From Octopus vulgaris (taxonomy: Eukaryota): a stretch of 64,000 nucleotides of DNA. Of the stretch, positions 61,527-64,000 are shown one piece after another (position 1 is the stretch's first letter; each line of letters begins with the position of its first letter). The translations under genes and the position numbers were made by a program. Under the pieces are notes generated by a model. The model worked only from the letters and a program-made list of their open reading frames with translations. It did not search any database and was not told the origin of the DNA. The stretch is taken from assembly GCA_951406725.2 (NCBI GenBank), contig OX597835.1, forward strand, positions 1,798,001 to 1,862,000, given 5' to 3'.

Positions 61527-62648
61527 AATAAGCAACATGGATATCCTTGTTGCTTATTTTGATTACACACACACACACATATACATATATATAGTACTGG
61601 AGTTGTGACCTATTGAGAAGTAACTGCTCAACCTGGAGAGTCTTCCTGATTTCCTGGCTACACACCCTGTGGAGCATCACTACACAAGTGACCCTTTGGA
61701 AGAAACCAATTTCAGTTGCTTGTATTCATGATTCTACTCTTCTGGCCATTGTCCAACATTCATGACCATAGTCGTGGATAGGCACATAAATCAAATTTGA
61801 GATAGCAAGCTTGCCTTTTTTTTTTTTTTACTTAGTAAATACTATTTACTTGTTAAAGTGTTGTATTGGATAAATTGCAAAGACAACTCAAATAGTTCAA
61901 ATACTAAGAAATAAGCAAAATTTGATTTATACGAAATAATTTACGAACATGAACATAATTTGAGCCAATCACCCAATGAGTATTTCTGTACTTTATTTTT
62001 TATTGACCCTAGAGGGATGAAAAGCAAGGATGATTAGAATAGGATTTTAGCTCAGAATTGAAGAAAAAAGCAAAAGAAATGCTACACAGCATATTTTTCC
62101 TCCACTCAAACAATTCTGCTAGCTTTCTGCCAACACTCATTGAAGTATGCAGATTGTGGAGAAATCGATCAGAACAACAACAACAACAGCAAAACTAACT
62201 AAATTATACAATAAGTGTAGAACAGTCAAAGATGTTGTTTAAACACTTCTAAAATATTGGTTTCAAATTTTGGCAGCAGCTAGCAATTTCAAAGGAGGTG
62301 TAAATTGATTATATTGACCCAGTACTCAACCAGAACTTATTTTATCGATCCCGAAAGAATGAAAGGCAAAGTTGACCCTGGCAGCATCTGAACTCAGATT
62401 ATAAAGATGCATGAAATGCCACTAAGCAGCAGCAACAACAACAACAACTGTAATAAGCCTTCCTGCTCTTGGTACAAGGCCTGAAATTTTGTGGGAAGGA
62501 GTTAGTTATACCAATTCTAGTGCTGGTACTTATTTCATCAATCCCGAAAGGATGAAAGACAAGTCGACCAGCAATGATTCTGCCTGCTCACCTCCTTTCA
62601 ATAATTCTAAAATATTCTTCATAATTCTGTATTGGAAATAATCCAATC

Positions 62649-63381
62649 TGGATTTTTTCTGTTTGGCTGTCAACGTCAATTTCTGTTCAAATTGATTTCA
62701 TACTCAGTGTAAAGATACACTTTTATAGGCTAATCCATGCCATGAAAACCATTTTCTCCATAAATCAATAAATATAGAGTTATTAGCTATTAAAGTTTGA
62801 AAATGTTGGGTAATTTTAGCCAATCGTAAGCCACAGACACATTCATGCCTGTTTCCATGGTAACAAGCCGAACATGAGCACTCTTTTGTCTGCAAGAAAG
62901 CATGTGTTGATAAGTATATCGAAGCCAGTTGTTGATGCTGTATTTCTACTATTTTACCAATCTGTGTGATTTTGTTTTTCAGTAAATCTTTTAAGTTTGT
63001 TTTTATAAGTTTCTTATTTTGAGAAATATTTGATTTGTAATGTGTTGTTTATGACATTAAATGCATATTGAATACTCAAAACTACAAAAGATGTGTTGTT
63101 TATTTGTTTTCCATGTGTAGAATACTAATGTTGACAACATGCTATTTTCAGGATGTTGATAAAATGTGCAGTCACGCACAAAATACAGCTTCCAAATCCT
63201 GTTTCCTGACTGGGTGAAAATGATCAAAGTTTAAACCTCTATAATTTTTTTAAAAATTTTTCTGGAAAAATTGAAATAACTCCAGCAATTCAGCTTAGAA
63301 AACTACATTAATGTACCAAATTTTAAAATCTTCAATAATCTTTAATTTTTGAAACCTTGACAGCCAAACAGAAAAAATCCA
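62649..63381. mobile_element. Non-autonomous DNA transposon, 25-bp TIRs, unclassified
   Basis: TGGATTTTTTCTGTTTGGCTGTCAA ... TTGACAGCCAAACAGAAAAAATCCA; a related fragment lies at ~34130-34330. Confidence 0.8.
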
Positions 63382-63609
63382 ATTTATGGCATTAGATCCA
63401 TTTAATCACAGCAAGTAGATTCTCATTGGTGTAACCTCAAAATTGGTGTTGCCATTAGTGGTGGTCGTGGAGGTGGTGCTGTTGCTGGTGTTGTTATTGT
63501 TGTTAAAGTGATTGCTGCAAGAATTGTTAGCACTTCAGACAAAATGCTTTGCAATATTTTATCCGATTTTATGTTCTGAGTTCAGATTCCACCAAGGTGA
63601 CTTGCCCTT

Positions 63610-64000
63610 CATGTGTGGAGTGGAAGAAGAAGACTGTAAAAGAGACGGATTACTGGCGCAGAGTTCCATGCTGAGTTTGACGGTGAGAGATGGATGGTGG
63701 AATACTTCTAGAAAGGAGAACTTCCTGTACTGAGAAACAGGGTGACCTGCTACGAAAATACCCAGAAAGGAAAAGCCGGGTTTGAGTTCAAGACAGAGGT
63801 GAACAGGTGGATAGAGGAAGGCATTCTGATGCCATGGAATGAGGAGATGACAGACAGTGTGCTGCTGTTGATGGCTGTAGGTCATAGAGATGGGGATTAC
63901 GAACTGTCAAGGTCTGAACTGATTCTACCACAGTGTGAGGGTGGGTGGAATCAGCGATCACCAACCAGAAGAGGATTCGCACGAAGCGGGCCACAGAAAT
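63610..64000 (+). mobile_element. Gypsy pol fragment (RT N-terminus), degenerate
   Basis: ELPVLRNRVTCY...EVNRWIEEGILMPW...VLLLMAV. Confidence 0.6.

Overview
Eukaryotic, AT-rich, repeat-dense genomic DNA. The SINE/LINE repertoire and microsatellite load point to a coleoid cephalopod, most likely Octopus (inference). Three protein-coding genes can be reconstructed. (1) A 10-exon MFS transporter of the SLC49A3/MFSD7 type on the minus strand (ATG 26953, stop 4711, 486 aa), with consistent GT-AG splice phases. (2) An LRR + IQ-motif gene of the LRRIQ3/LRRC44 type on the plus strand (5 coding exons, 35947-43153, ~720 aa), with a probable non-coding first exon next to an RFX X-box. (3) Yippee-like 5 with an intronless CDS on the minus strand (55242-55610, 122 aa). 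The rest is decayed TEs: RTE, CR1 and R4/Dong LINEs, Gypsy fragments and solo LTRs, piggyBac, mariner/Tc1 and hAT elements, Penelope-like elements and many SINEs. No prokaryote-type system (CRISPR etc.) is present, and I cannot support a clearly new multi-gene system. The best leads are: Penelope-type fold-back repeats carrying variant or degenerate minimal hammerhead-ribozyme motifs; several near-perfect inverted repeats inside transcribed regions (dsRNA/ADAR candidates); an LRRIQ3 uORF in frame with the main ORF across a single UGA; and candidate TFEB/MITF and RFX/FoxJ1 sites. All family assignments come from motif recognition, not database searches.
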